The notes under the pieces were generated by a model. It searched no databases. It saw nothing but the letters and a program-made list of their open reading frames with translations, and had not been told where the DNA came from. The translations under genes and the position numbers were made by a program. Below are positions 1-14,580 of a stretch of 64,000 nucleotides of DNA, in pieces (the first letter of the stretch is position 1; each line of letters opens with the position of its first letter). The DNA comes from the human T2T-CHM13v2.0 reference genome, Homo sapiens: the NCBI RefSeq assembly GCF_009914755.1, contig NC_060948.1; one strand, written 5' to 3'.

Positions 1-67
1 TGAGATCATGCCACTATACTCCAGCCTGGGTGACAAAGCAGGACTCCATTTCAAAAAAAAAAAAAAA
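1..67 (+). mobile_element. Alu SINE, 3' end of right arm plus poly(A), cut by window edge
   Basis: GAGATCATGCCACTATACTCCAGCCTGGGTGACAAAGCAGGACTCCAT followed by an A-tail. Confidence 0.92.
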
Positions 68-169
68 GGAAAAATATATCTGATATACATCAGATACAAA
101 TCTTAAAACCCAGAAAAGCAAGAGTGAGCTGGGAAGCATAGCTGGAAAGAGCTAATAGTTATGAAAGCT

Positions 170-1300
170 GTGACTCTCCAGATTCAGAAAGCTCATAAAA
201 TACATTCACAAAGTACATAAATTAAGAAGAAATTTATATTTAGCTGGAATGTAGGGAGCTGGCAAATTATGCAAGTCATAGAGGTGATATTCAAAACAGC
301 CAGGGGTGGGAAAGGAGCCATTCCTTACAAAAGTCAACCATTAAGCAGGCTTCTCAACAGCAATGATTGGAAGCCAGGAAGCAGTGAATAAAGTGTCTTC
401 AATACCCTGCAAAGGAATTATCATCAACCTAGAGTATTTACCTACAGCAAAAACAGTACATAAAGTTGTCAAGAAAAACATCCAAGACAAAGTCAATTAT
501 ACACAAAGAAAAGCATTTACCTCAGAAACAAGGAAAACAACTCAGAGTGAGACTAGTGAGTGAGGAAATTGATAAATGCTATTTAATTTCCACAAATATT
601 AAGTATAGTAAGCAAAAATAATAATGTCTAATTTGGAGAATAATCAAAAAATATAGGAGAGAAGGGGTAGGAAGAACTTAGAAGATGCAAAGGAGGTGTT
701 TGGAATTTAATTATTCTCAATTTTATGTGATATTTCATAGGATGGCAGAAATACAGATTGCATTTAAACTCTCTGAGTATTCAAAAACTTAAGGGTAACT
801 GATAATAGGATAAAAACAAAGTATAAGCTTTCAAACAAAGAGAGAGGCAGATGAAGTTACATAGAGCAAATTGTTTGACAATAAAAATAAATCTACAGGA
901 CAAATAGCACCGATTACAATGGGAGAAATTAAACTTTAGAATAAATGTAAATGGACTCAATACAACTGTTAAAGGTGAGAACTTGACATTTGATTTTTAA
1001 ACATCTCATTATGTTTAGCTGTAAAAAGCCATCTGTTAAACATTCAGGACACATAAAATTTTGAAAGTAACAAGTGAGAAAGAGAAATGCCAGGAAAATA
1101 GTAACCAAAACCCTGTTATTCTACCAGTATTAATATTATAAGATCTCCAGGTAAAAATCTTTAGTAAAGAGGTAGCATATCAGAACATCAAAATAAAAGT
1201 TAAACTCACCAGGAAATACTTAAAAACAATCCTAGTTTATATATGGCAAATACACACCAAGGAGCAGAAATGTTCCCCAGTGAACTTTGAAAAAGAAATA
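170..1300 (+). mobile_element. Ancient L1M-type LINE remnant (ORF1 C-terminus to ORF2 endonuclease start)
   Basis: Degenerate L1 motifs CTTCTCAACAGCAATGATTGGAAGCCAGGAAGCAGTG...CAACCTAGAGTATTTA (ORF1) and TAAATGTAAATGGACTCAA (LNVNGL, ORF2 EN); boundaries approximate. Confidence 0.6.
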
Positions 1301-1447
1301 CAAAAGTAAGACTGTTGTACAAAGGAAAAAGGAGAAAGATCAAAAAGAGGGATATATCATTGAAGATATTGGGAACAGAGGATGTATGTCATTACAAAAG
1401 AAAAAATGGGTGTCATCACCTCAAATTGGACTATTTAAGAAAGAGGT

Positions 1448-1811
<364 letters not shown>

Positions 1812-2914
1812 TTAATTAAGGCTAATATTTTGGGGGTGGCCATGATTCAAACTATCTTTGAGGAGTTCCTCATAGGCATAGAAGGTGGAATTTTGAATGT
1901 GCCCACTTGAGATATATAAATATAGGTAGGTATAGATACATTGCATTGCTTCAGATTCTCCATGAAAAAATTACTTAAGCACAGTAGGCATTTTCAAAAA
2001 AGAAATTTTGTAAGAAAAATCACAACAAGTCTAAGGATCAGGGAGCTCTCTTATTCAATAATTTTCAAATAATATATCCAGATTATCTAAAAAGTCCTAA
2101 AGCGAAACTACATAAGAGAGGCCCAGAATATAACGGTTGGGTCAAGAAAGTACCGATCCTTAATAAGCTGCCACATAAAAATGCTAAAATTACAACAGAA
2201 AAATATTTATAATTTTACATTTGCTACAGAAGACACCACCTGTTGCTTGCTGTAGAAGGTACACTTTTCACTGTCGACAAAGAGACAAAGTTCAGTTTCT
2301 CCTCTGCTTTACCTTGGTGCTAGGCTGGACAGAATAGAACGAGCATGGTTAGGAAGGAGTGGGAGTTTTTGGCACTTTGCAAGTTACCTGCCTAATGTTC
2401 ATTGTGCTTTCCTTCAGCCTGAGTAGTCCTCTTGCTTTGCTATGCATTGCAATATAACTGGTTAGAATAGGACTTCATGGTCTGTCCTGCCATAAAGCTG
2501 GTTGATACTCTTTGCAACATCAGTCTAGCCAATGGGCTTTAAATGGAAACCATTGCCTTGGCTTAGACAAGTGTGTCTTGCTATGATATGAACTTGTCTG
2601 GCTTATTCCTTGTATACTCCCATTTTTCCTCCTCCCATTGTGGAATGGAGACAAAATCATTGGAGCAACAGCTGACATGTTATGACCATCATGGAGGGAG
2701 AGACAAAAGAGAGTGTCACCAAATGTGTCCCTCTTATTTCTGAATTCCTAAGCAAAAAATAGGCTCATGTCTCCTTTCAGAACTTTTATTAAATGAGAAC
2801 AGGAACAGAAATTGTTTGATAATCATACTAACAATAGATAACATTTCATCAGCATAAACTGTGTCAGCTCTTTCTGGCAACATCTTCTCTTATAGCAAAT
2901 TTTATGCTCACCAC

Positions 2915-3993
2915 TTTCGGGGGAACTGCCCCCATAATCACGTAGGTTCTTTTCTATTTTCCTAAGCATCAGCTGGCTTGAGAAATAAAGGGACAGAGTA
3001 CAAAAGAGTACAAAAGAGAGAAATTTTAAAGCTGGGCATCCGGGGGGAGACATCTCACGTTGGTAGGATCTGTGATGCCCCACAAGCCACAAAAACCAGC
3101 AAGTTTTTATTAGGGATTTTCAAAAGGGGAGGGAGTGTACAAATAGGTGTGGGTGACAGACATCAAGTACTTAACAGGGTAATAGGATATCACAAGGCAA
3201 GTGGAGGCTGGGCGAGATCACAGGGCCTCAGGACTGAGGCGAAATTAAAATTGCTAATGAAGATTCAGGCACCATTGCCACTGATAACATCTTATAAGGC
3301 GACAGGGTTTTGAGATTAACCGGTCTGACCAAAATTTATTAGGCGGGAATTTCCTCTTCCTAATAAGCCTGGGAGCACTATGTGAGACTGGAGTCTATCT
3401 CACCTCTGCAATCTGGACCAGAAGAGACAGGTACACCCCAGGGGGCCAGTTCAGAGACCTACCCCTTGGTGCACATTCTCTTTCTCAGGGGTTCCATGCT
3501 GAGAAAAAGAATTCAGCGATATTTCTCCCATTTGCTTTTGAAAGAGAAATATGCCTTTGTTCTGCCCGGCTCACCGGAGGTCAGAGTTTAAGGTTATCTC
3601 TCTTATTCCCTGAACAATTGCTGTTATCCTGTTCTTTTTTCAAGGTGCCCACATTTCATATTGCTCAAACACACATGCTGTACAATTTGTGCAGTTAATG
3701 CAATTATCACATAGTCCTGAGGCAACATACATCCTCTTCAGCTGACAGGATTAAGAGATTAAGGTAAAGACAAGCACAGGAAATCACAAAGGTATTGATT
3801 GGGGAAGTGATAAGTGTCCATGAAATCGTTAAAATTTATGTTTAGAGATTGCAATAAAGACAGGCATAAGAAATTACAAAAGTATTAATTTGGAGAACTA
3901 ATAAATGTCTATAAAATCTTCATAATCCACCTTCTTGCTTCTGCCATGGCTTCAGCCAGTCCCTCCATTTGGGGTCCCTGACTTTCTGTAACA
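2915..3993 (-). mobile_element. MER11 solo LTR (HERV-K11/HML-8, ERVK)
   Basis: Reverse complement begins TGTTACAGAAAGTCAGGGACCCCAAATGGAGGGACTGGCTGAAGCCATGGCAG (MER11 5' end); 1079 bp; perfect 6-bp TSD CACCAC at 2909-2914 and 3994-3999. Confidence 0.92.
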
Positions 3994-3999
3994 CACCAC

Positions 4000-4150
4000 A
4001 CCCCTATGAAGTATATGTTACAATTTTTCCCATCTTACAGAGAAGGAAAAGCAGCAGCTCCTACATTAACACAGGTTGTAAGAGGCAGAGTGAGAATCTG
4101 AAGGCAAGTCTGTCTTTAAAGGCTATAGACTTATGCACTAGGCTATACTG
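4000..4150 (-). mobile_element. MIR SINE fragment
   Basis: CCCTATGAAG...CCCATCTTACAGAGAAGGAAA core and terminal ...GCACTAGGCTATACTG resemble antisense MIR. Confidence 0.6.
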
Positions 4151-4869
4151 GGCTTCAAAGCCCAGCTTCCTCTAAAGCACCTGCCCATGCTGGTGCTCTG
4201 AGAGTCACAGCAGGATGCAATTCTAAAAATTTTAATCATCTACTAGGAGTACAATCCTGGTAAAAGAACACTTAAAGCATTTTGAATCTGCTTAAAACAC
4301 TGGCCTCAACAATTACCACCTGAGACATTGAGAGAATGTGTTGATGACATCAAAGAATATTGCCATCTTTGAAGAACCTTTATCAATGGGAAGGTTGAGA
4401 ATATATAAGAATGGGAATACCATAAAAACTTCTTTTATGGCTTTGACCTAAAAAAAATTAAACGTAATTATCGACTCGTGAATAATCTCATGATTAGTCC
4501 TATTTATTTGTTACTGTGTTCATAATAATATAATAGACACCCACACAAAAATACACTTTTAAAAATAACTGATTTTTGATATTTGGTTCCTCTATTCTAT
4601 CTCCCTGTATTCCTCTCTCCAGAGAAGCTGTTTTCCTAAATCCCGTATTTATCACTTTCTTGCTTTGTTTTGTACTAAGTCTTAACTGAAGAACTATGTA
4701 TTTCTAATACATACACATTCATATAATATTTATGTTTACTGCTTAATTTCTATTTAGTTTTTTTAAACTTTATTATACCATGTTGAGTGCTTAAGCTTTT
4801 GAAGAATATGAGCATTTTTCAATAATTTCTCTCATGACCATTTATTAGATCCCACTGGACTCTACGAAA

Positions 4870-5063
4870 CCAAGTTAGGAAACTAAAGCCAGTCCTCCAC
4901 TTGTTTTTCTAAAGATAGCTATTGTAAACCCATTTGCTTACATATTGACAAGGGCTGGGTTTTTGAAAACAGCACAGCTGGGTAGCTGTAGCAAAAATCT
5001 TATGGCCTACAAAGCCAAAAATGTTTATCGTCTGCTGGTACAGAAGAAAGGCACTGACCCCTG
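4870..5063 (+). mobile_element. MER58A-like hAT-Charlie non-autonomous DNA transposon
   Basis: TATGGCCTACAAAGCCAAAAATGTTTA...ACAGAAGAAAGGCACTGACCCCTG resembles the MER58A 3' end/TIR. Confidence 0.6.
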
Positions 5064-5441
5064 CTCCACCATATTTTTACAAAGATAAACAATGGAGAGT
5101 CTCTGACAACAAGGAGCCCTCAACCCAGAATGATACAGATCTAAGAGTAGCATGAAATGGAAATGGAATGCAGTGGACACCATTTGCATAGCAAGGACAG
5201 AGCATGTGGACAAAAAGGAGGATGTGTCTTGCCATTCCCAGAGGAAGTTAAGAAAGTTTCAATCAAAAGATGACGCTGACTGCGGCAGGAGATAGAGAGG
5301 CCATTGGAAAGAGGTGGGAAAGTAGGGAAAGAAACAACAAAGAAGGTAAGAAGGATGTGGATATAGGAAAGGAATTGCTTTATCTTGAAAACCAGAATAT
5401 CATTTGTCCTATAGGAAATACAGAAACAAATACAGAAGGAC

Positions 5442-6204
5442 TACCATTCTTCTCTCTGCTTCTAAGAGTTTGATATTTTTAGATTCCACAGGTAAGTGAG
5501 ATCAGGCACTGAGGAGTTGTTGGTGAGAGAATACAAAATTTCAGTTAGACAGAAGTAATAAATTCAAGAAACACACAGTTAATGTATGCTTGAAAACTGC
5601 CAAGAATGTAGATTCTTAAATGTTCACCCTGTTAAAGCAAACTAAATATGGCCTGAGAAGGACTCCGTACTTCTATATTTGAGACCTTGTGGATGAACTG
5701 TAACCTAGCTTAATAGCCAGAAAAAATTGAAAACCTAACTTAATAGTAAGCACCTGTAACAACAGCTGAGTGTAGCCAATCCCAGTGGCCATACTTCAAC
5801 CACTTGTAAACAGCTGAATATTCAAACTGCATTCAAATCAGGCAAATGCTGAGTTGTAACTAATTTTGCAGTTTCTGTACCTCACTTCTGATTCTTCTAT
5901 GTCATTTTACCTATTTGTCTGTATATTTGTTCTGACCATGAGGCACTGCTGGAGTCTCTGTGACTCTACTGTGATTCTCGGGGCTGTCTGATTGGCAAAT
6001 TGTTCATTGCTCAATTAAAGTTCTTTAAATTTAATTTGGCTGAAGTTTTTCTTTTGTTAGCCCTGCCAAATAAATAAGTAGATAAATTCATTGATATGTT
6101 ACTTTGATTTAACTGCTTCTCAATGTACACATATATCAAAACATCACAATGTATACTGTAAATACATATTATATATAATTTTATTTTTCAATTAGTCGTT
6201 GAAT
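5442..6204 (+). mobile_element. L1MA-type 3' fragment with short 5' inversion, interrupted by MER57
   Basis: Antisense L1 piece ~5442-5508 joined to sense L1 3'UTR (TACAAAATTTCAGTTAGACAG..., ATATCAAAACATCACAATGTATAC); flanking AGAAGGAC at 5434-5441 and 6205-6212. Confidence 0.65.
5630..6059 (+). mobile_element. MER57 (MER57A-type) solo LTR, ERV1
   Basis: Starts TGTTAAAGCAAACTAAATATGGCCTGAGAAGGACTCCGTAC; ends TTTAAATTTAATTTGGCTGAAGTTTTTCTTTT. Confidence 0.85.
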
Positions 6205-7189
6205 AGAAGGACCCTCTATTTACTGGCAACACCCCTTATACTGATGACATCAGTTTCCTCTACAAGGGAGTTCTAGTGGCCCACAACCTCCCATCCTGAG
6301 CAAAGAGAATCACTGAATTAAATTGTCTAGTTTACTAGATTATTATGCTGGGTACTTTGGAAATATTACTATTTGCAGAGAAGTAAATTCCTCCCTATGT
6401 TTTGAACAATAGGCTTTGCATTACTTCAAATCATTGATTCACATGGCAATTCCATTTTTCTCCCAAAAATATTTATTGATATCTCCCCCCTACCAAAACA
6501 ACAACAACTGTGGTTCTATAGCATAACTTGGCATGGCCAATTAATCCAAGGAGGGTTGAGAAGTATAAAGTGATCTCAAGTTTAACAAACCTTAGTTTGC
6601 TTATACTAAGAAAATATCTGATGTGTCATACAGGAATTATTTTGGTAAAATAGATGTACTTGAAGGAGGTTGGTATGGAAGAATAAATTCTCCAGCCTCT
6701 GTCCGGGAGAGATATCTCAGAAAAGAATAATTTCTAAAAACACTGAAAAGTTACAAGGAGCTTTTATATAAACTGCCTCTTGCAAAACAGGGTAGTTGCA
6801 GCTACAAGTAAATGGTGGTGGTTTCTGTACCATCTGCATCTGTCGTATTTATTTCCCTAAAAACCCTGAGTACTTTTTTGAGGAAGCTGATGGATACATC
6901 CATGGGTACACAACTGTGAATCTGACTATCTTACACAAAGCAGGAATTCCCACACAAAATTGAACCTGAGAGATTGGTTAGGGATTTGTCCATTCAACTG
7001 TGTTTTGTAGTTGATGATTTCTACATAAAATTAAGAAAGAGATGTATTAATAAACAGGTCTTTTTTTCTTGAATACTAAATACTTGTTATTTGTCAAGGT
7101 AACAGAATCGCTGTGGTGTGTATGATATTTATTATGAATGTGCACGTATTTAAGGGTTATTGATTTTATTATAGAATACACAGGTTAGA

Positions 7190-7464
7190 GGCCAGGCATG
7201 GTGGGGCACACCTATAATCCCAGCACTTTGAGAGGCCATGCTGGCAGATCACTTGAGACCAGGAGTTTGAGACCAGGCTGGCCAACACGGTAAAAACTGA
7301 ATCTCTAATAAAAACACAAAAATTAGCTGGGAATGGTGTTGTGCACCTGTAGTCCAACCTACTTGGTTGTCTGAGGCAGGAGAATCACTTAAACCCAGGA
7401 AGCAGTGTTGCATCGAACCAAGATTGTACCACTGCACTCCAGCAGGGGTCAAGATTTTGCCTCA

Positions 7465-7507
<43 letters not shown>
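7190..7507 (+). mobile_element. Alu (AluS-type) with (TAAA)~10 tail
   Basis: Two-arm Alu; tail converted to a TAAA microsatellite at 7465-7506. Confidence 0.93.
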
Positions 7508-8391
7508 GAATCCCCAGGGTACAGACTATGAATATGCCTCAGAATTCAGATGTATCTAAATCCTGGTTGAGGGAGGAAAGAAGATGAGAGTAGAAAGCAT
7601 CGTGAAGCTTTAGAAGTGGCAGGACCACACATTTGTGTATTTATTCATGTGCTGAGCCAGGGCCATACAGGCAGAGAACTGCATTGGCTAAAGCAGATGT
7701 TGTGAAGACAAGTACGCTCTGCAGCAGAGCTGTGCTTTTCTTATCTCATGTTATATATAGCAAACTATAAGGCTGATGAACACTTGGCAGTCTGTTCAGA
7801 AAACACCAAAACTTACTTCTAATTTGTGAAAAAATAAATATAAAATTTCAGCGATGTATTATGACAACTCTTATTCTAGTTTTACAGACAGCGGCCATTC
7901 TTGGTAGTTGTCAAAATATTGGAATGTCAAAATATTTTTAGAGTATTTCACTTGAAAAATATATATTCTGCACTTCTCATACTATGAAGTTTATGATATA
8001 ATTCACTGTCATCACTATGGAGTTAGTTCTTTCTTTGATGCCACTTCAACTTCACTTACTTTTAAGTGATTCTTTCTTTCACACTTTTTCTAAAGAGTGG
8101 GTGATTATAAATCGTTCTGATTTTATTCCTTAATATATTGCTCCACATTCCTAGCTAAATCATGCGACTGTGTGCTAAGAACTTCATGCTCATCCAATTC
8201 ATTCATTCTTTTACTTGAGTTTTGAATCAAAAATAGAATTTTATTAATCCAAACATTGTAATCTACCAGGTTCAGTTTTTACTAAAATGAAAGACTTTTA
8301 TTGTTGATTTTTAAAGGAAAATTTTATTTATTATTTATAATTTGTTATATTTTTATATCAAAGTTTTACAACTTTGATTTCAAAGAGAGAA

Positions 8392-8500
8392 ATCTCTTTC
8401 TTTCCTGTCTCTCTTCCCTCCTTCCCTTCTTCCCTCCCTTCCTCTCTCTCTCTTTTTTTCTCTCTCTCTCTCCCTCCCTCCCACCCTCGCTCCTTCCCTC
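8392..8500. repeat. CT-rich polypyrimidine low-complexity tract
   Basis: TCTCTTTCTTTCCTGTCTCTCTTCCCTCCTTCCC... Confidence 0.85.
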
Positions 8501-8729
8501 ACTCCATTCCAGATTTAGAGAGGCTTGCTCGTTTGGGGTTGCCCACTGATACTCCAAACCATCTGCCATGCCACTACAGGTCTAACAAGCTTTGAGGTTG
8601 CTGAGTATCTGGGTAATGAGGACTAACTACATAATATTTTATTAAGTGAGGATGGTTATCAAGATGAAGACTCATGAGGGAAACCTCATCACACTGGATA
8701 TTAAAATATGAAACAAATTTGCTATCAAA

Positions 8730-9024
8730 ACTGGCGTGTTGGTTCACACTTGTAATGCCAGCACTTTGGGAGACCAAGGCAGGTGGATCACTTGAGTTCA
8801 GGAGGTTGAGAGCAGCCAGGTCAACATGATGAAATCCCATCTCTACTAAATATACACAAATTAGCCAGGCATGGTGGTGCAAGCCTATAGTCCCAGCTAC
8901 TAGGGAGGCTGAGGCAGGAGAACTGCTTGAACCCAGGAGCGGAGATTGTAGTGAGCCAAGATAGCCTCACTGCACTCCAGCCTGGATGACAGGGGGAGAC
9001 TCTGTCTCAAAAAAGAAAAAAAAA
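8730..9024 (+). mobile_element. Alu (AluS-type)
   Basis: Two-arm Alu with A-rich linker and tail. Confidence 0.93.
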
Positions 9025-9029
9025 GATAA

Positions 9030-10300
9030 AAAGACTATCAAATTGGCATAAGAATAAAGAAAGTAGTGAAACAATAGAAAGTAGAGAAATAGAGCCAAGG
9101 ATATATAGAAATGTAGTAAAGGATGAAGTCAGACTTAATATCATTTAGGCAATAGTGGACTTAAAAAAAAATGGTATTATGACAAATATGTCCAGCCATT
9201 TAAGAAAAGATACATTTAGACCCAACCATCTTACCATACTCAAGACAGAATCCCCAATGGAACATAGATCTAAATTTTTTTAAAATAAATGAACTGCAAA
9301 AGAACTAGCAGGAAAGCTGAAATTTTTTTTCTATGACCTGATAGCAGGGAAATGGCTTTTTGTAACACAAAACTCATATCAATAAAAAAGACTGATAAAT
9401 TTAAGTACATTTTAAAAAATTCTACATTGCATAAAATCCCATAAGTTAAGAAAAAAGCCAGTGACAACATGAAAATATTTGCAGGATTTATAAGTGGCTA
9501 ATAGTCCCAATATATAGAAACTTGTAAAAAAGGGGGAAAGAGATTTTTTAAGAATAGGTGAAAAGCACAAACAAATAACTAGCAAAAAAAGATATTCTAA
9601 TAAAACAAACACGCAACAGAAAACCAAATATGGCATGTTTTCACTTATAAGTGGGAGCTGAATGATAAGAACACATGGACACATAGAGGGGAACAACACA
9701 CACTGGGGCCTTTCAGAAGGTGAGGATGGGAGGAGGGAGAGGATCAGGAAAAATAGCTAATGGGACTAGGCTAAATACTTGGGTGATCAAATAATCTGTA
9801 CCAAAAACCTCCAGGACACAAGTTTACCCAACAACAATTCTGCCCTTGTACCGCTGAATATAAAACAAAAGTTAAAAGCCATCAAATTAGAAAAAAAATT
9901 GACGTTAAGCATATGAAAAAATGTTGAACTTTACTCGCAGTGTAAGGAATGCAGATGTGTACAGGGGAGGCTTCTCACGAATTTTCATTACAAAAGGTTG
10001 CTTTTTTGATAAAAAGAATCAGAAATGGTGGGAGCAGTCAGGGTCAATACTGCAGTTGACTTGTGGGTATTCCTTTGTCTTTTGGAGATTTCAGCTAATC
10101 CAAGCAGTCTTGAAACCACTGATATTCTCTTGAATTTAACTTTTATACACTTGGAAATACACAGGCCAACACACTCAATATTTGCATTGCAAAAATGCAA
10201 AAAGCTACCTTGATTTTTCATTACTGATAACATGAGTTGTTAAATTATCTCCTCTATAACTGAACATTATGAGTATTAGGTTTTTAGAGTGAAATGCTTT
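9030..10300 (+). mobile_element. Old L1M ORF2/3' remnant with an embedded L1PA15/16-like 3' end (~9613-9880)
   Basis: AACAGAAAACCAAATATGGCATGTTTTCACTTATAAGTGGGAGCTGAATGATAAGAACACATGGACAC...AGGATCAGGAAAAATAGCTAATG; surrounding A-rich degenerate L1. Confidence 0.7.
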
Positions 10301-10601
10301 ATCATTGTTTTTATAAACAAATGAAAACCTGATGGAGAATTCTTTGGCTTGCTGATAATATATTTCACTTTCAAGTAAAGGTAATTTAATTTTCAGTTAA
10401 TCTCAGGAAAGGGACCGGCTGTCTCACATAAGTCCCTGTTGCCAATTTATATGTACTGTTGTTTCAAGTAATAATCTGACCCGAACTGCCATTAAAAAAG
10501 CACGTCTTTTACCAAATATTCTGTCTCCAAGTAACCCTTATGTCTAGCCTGATAGTTAACAAGAATTTTTGAATGCGTAAGAGCTGTCTGAAGTCTGTTT
10601 C

Positions 10602-11087
10602 CGTAAGAGTTAAAGAAAGAGGGAACATATATGAAAAGCAGCTCAACAGTGAAACACAGGTTTATTTTGGAGAACAAATATGAGAAGGGCTTCTGGCCGA
10701 TTTCAGCCAGGAGCACTCTCTCTTACAGACTAAGAGTATTTAAAGGTTCAGGGCTAGACAGTTTATGAGAGGCTTGGAATGCTTTTGTGTATGGAGCAGA
10801 AGTTTATGGCAGAGTTGGAATATATCTGGGCAGTGGGGAGGTTATCTTGGGGCTGACATCTCTCCAGCCAGAGGGGAGGTTATCTTGGGGCTGGCATGTC
10901 TCTTGCTGGGGAGGGGTTTATCTTAGGGTTGGAACATTTCTGGTTGAAGATGTCATTTGTAGTTTACGGTCATGCTGACATTAGCCATTAGGCTGATGCC
11001 CTTTGAGTTGGATTTAGATGGTTTTGGATCAAGGGGAACTTTAAAATGGTGGTGCTTATGCAAAATGGCAATGCTCCTGCTCTGTCA
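10602..11087 (-). mobile_element. ERV1 solo LTR, LTR19-like
   Basis: Reverse complement starts TGACAGAGCAGGAGCATTGCCATTTTG; internal GGGGAGGTTATCTTGGGGCTG repeats; perfect 5-bp TSD GTTTC at 10597-10601 and 11088-11092; subfamily name less certain. Confidence 0.8.
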
Positions 11088-11531
11088 GTTTCTTGCTGTA
11101 AAATATACTGTTAAAACCAACTATGAGTGTATTATCATGGGTATAATTGATAATGGATTGTTAGTAAATCATTTTTTAAATTTCCTTGCAATGAAAGTGC
11201 TTTCTTACTTTTAATTGTTCCAATCAATGCAACATAAAAAGCTTTCTGATAAATTTTCTGTTGACAATGGTTAGAGATGGATAAGTACAGTAAAATCTTC
11301 ACTGGGCAAAACCTCCATGTTTTTATTTATCAAGATTCATGAGGAGGGGGCAAATATTTAGGATTTTAAACCATCAGACCCTAAAAAAGTTACAATGTAA
11401 CCCTGCCTTATTTTATTATGAAAGTATTATAAATTTATATAAATTGTTAATTAATTATGAGTCCATATAGGAGTGTCCTAACATAACTTTACTGTATAAA
11501 TATATCTTAATTTCTTTTAAAAATGAGTTTA

Positions 11532-11919
<388 letters not shown>

Positions 11920-13955
11920 TTAGATCATAACTATCAAACTATCATAAGTTAAAAAAATCTTGAAAGTGGATCGAATCAAAGTATTCTATGGTACAAGTCT
12001 AATTTTAGGCAATTTAGCTTTTTATTTTTACCTGCATCATGCTCTGCACCCATCCGCCATACACTTATATACCCATTGAGTCTATCTTGTGGCCTGTCAT
12101 GTAGAGGACTCTGGATTGAAAGTAAGCTATTGGTTTCTTGTCCTGAATATTTTTCTAAGTACTCTCAACTACCTGTACCTCAACTTTAACACCTGTAAGA
12201 TGAGATATGAGTTAGTCAACATCAGAGATGCCAAGTTGGATTCATCCAGTGTCAATCTACGATCAGCTACAATTGTCTACATTATATGCTTTGTTGAGAA
12301 GAAATACAGGCTTTGCTGGAAACAATACTGATTGTTTCATCTGCACAGAAGCCCCCAAAATAGGCTTGTAGTATATATTCCAAATACCTGCTCCCTGGGT
12401 CCTTCAAATGTCTAGTTAACTTTCTGTGTGTGGTATGTGTGTTTAAGTGTAGAAGCGAAGTTTTTGTGTATTTTTAGGTCTATTTCACAAGTCTCTATTA
12501 TGTTTCCTTGACCTGTTTGTCTATCTTCATGGCAATATTGTGATGTCTTTAATACTATAGCTTATATATATCTTAAAATTAAGTAGTATTACACCTTCAA
12601 ATTTGTTCTTCTTTTTTATTTTTTTGTAGCTATTCCAGGCTATTACAATTTACGTACAAATTATAGAATAAATTTGTCAATTTTGAGAAATAAAATTAAC
12701 TGGGATTTTGACTGGGATTGTGTTGAATCTACCAATTCATGTGGGCAGAACAAATATCTTGAACACACTGGGTCTTCCTAACTGCGAGCAAAGTATATCT
12801 CCCCATTGATTAAGGTTTTCTTTAACTTCTCTCAGTAACGTTTTGTAGTTTTCAGTGTACAAGGCTTTCTTGCATGTCTTCTGTAGGAATTATCCTAAGA
12901 ATTTCATATTGTTGATATGTTTGTTGTTAACATTGTTTTCTTAATTTCTATTTTCAAATGTTCATTGCTAGCATATTTATTTTTTGTCTGTTGATCTTTA
13001 TCTTGAAATCTTCCTAAAGCATTTAATAATTCTAGTAGCTCTTTGATATATTCCATCAGATCTTCTGCGTGGATGAGCACGTCATCTGCAAATAAGACAG
13101 TTTTGACTCTTCCTTTCCAATATGGAGAATTTTTATTTTCCTTATTTTACCAGCTGCAATCTCTAGTAGAATGGTGAACAAGTTGTGAGAGCAGATGGAC
13201 TTGTCTTGTTTCCAAATAGCAGTAGAGGGAAAGAATAATTCACCATTATGTTATTAGTTGCAGGTTTTATGTAGATGCCCTTTATCAAGTTGAGAACATT
13301 TATTCATTTTCCAATTCAGATAACAATATTAAAAATCAGGAATGTACACTGAATTTCAGCAATTATTTTTATTCAAATGTTAAGGTGATCTTGTTTAATG
13401 TTAGTATGGCATTGATTGGTTTTAATGTTAAAACCACCTTATATTTTTAGAATGATCCTTTCTGATCATGATTTAATTAACTTTTTATGTAGTTTTGCTA
13501 CAATTTGCTAAAAATACACTGAGAAATGATTTCTCTATGATTATAAGGAAGATTGACCTGTTGTTTTATTTCTTTATGCTGTCTTTTGTGCAATTTTATA
13601 TGACAGCACACATTCACTTTTCTTTCCCAGAATGTGCTATCATTGTAATTAATTTTAGTTTTAAATATCTTATAAACCTCATAATACATTCTTATTATTT
13701 TGTTTAGTCAATCATCTGTATAAAACACTTAAAGATAAAAATCTTATAATTTTATCAATTATCTAGCATTTATGGTGCTCTTCCTGCTTTTGCATACAAT
13801 CCAGATTTCCACCTAATATCAGTCCCTCTTCCTAAAGGAATTCTTTCAACATGCATTGTACTGCATGTCTGCTGATCATGAATTCTTTCTGGTTTTAAAC
13901 ATTGGGAAATGTCTTTTCATCACCTTTGTTTGATTAAAGATATTTTTGCTGGGTT

Positions 13956-14580
13956 GTATATTATGTATACATATATGTATATTATGTATACATATATGTA
14001 TATTATGTATACATATATGTATATTATGTATACATATATGTATATTATGTATACATATATATTATGTATAATATATGTATATTATCAATACATATATATG
14101 TATATTATGTATACATATATATGTATATTATGTATACATATATATGTATATTATGTATACATATATATGTATATTATGTATACATATATATGTATATTAT
14201 GTATACATATATATGTATATTATGTATACATATATATGTATATTATGTATACATATATATGTATATTATGTATACATATATATGTATATTATGTATACAT
14301 ATATGTATATTATGTATACATATATATGTATATTATGTATACATATATGTATATTATGTATACATATATATGTATATTATGTATACATATATATGTATAT
14401 TATGTATACATATATATGTATATTATGTATACATATATATGTATATTATGTATACATATATATGTATATTATGTATACATATATATGTATATTATGTATA
14501 CATATATATGTATATTATGTATACATATATATGTATATTATGTATACATATATATGTATATTATGTATACATATATGTAT
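13956..14580. repeat. AT-rich minisatellite (VNTR), 21/23-bp unit TATATTATGTATACATATAT(AT)G, about 27-28 copies
   Basis: Directly visible tandem array; each unit contains the palindrome TATGTATACATA. Confidence 0.97.
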
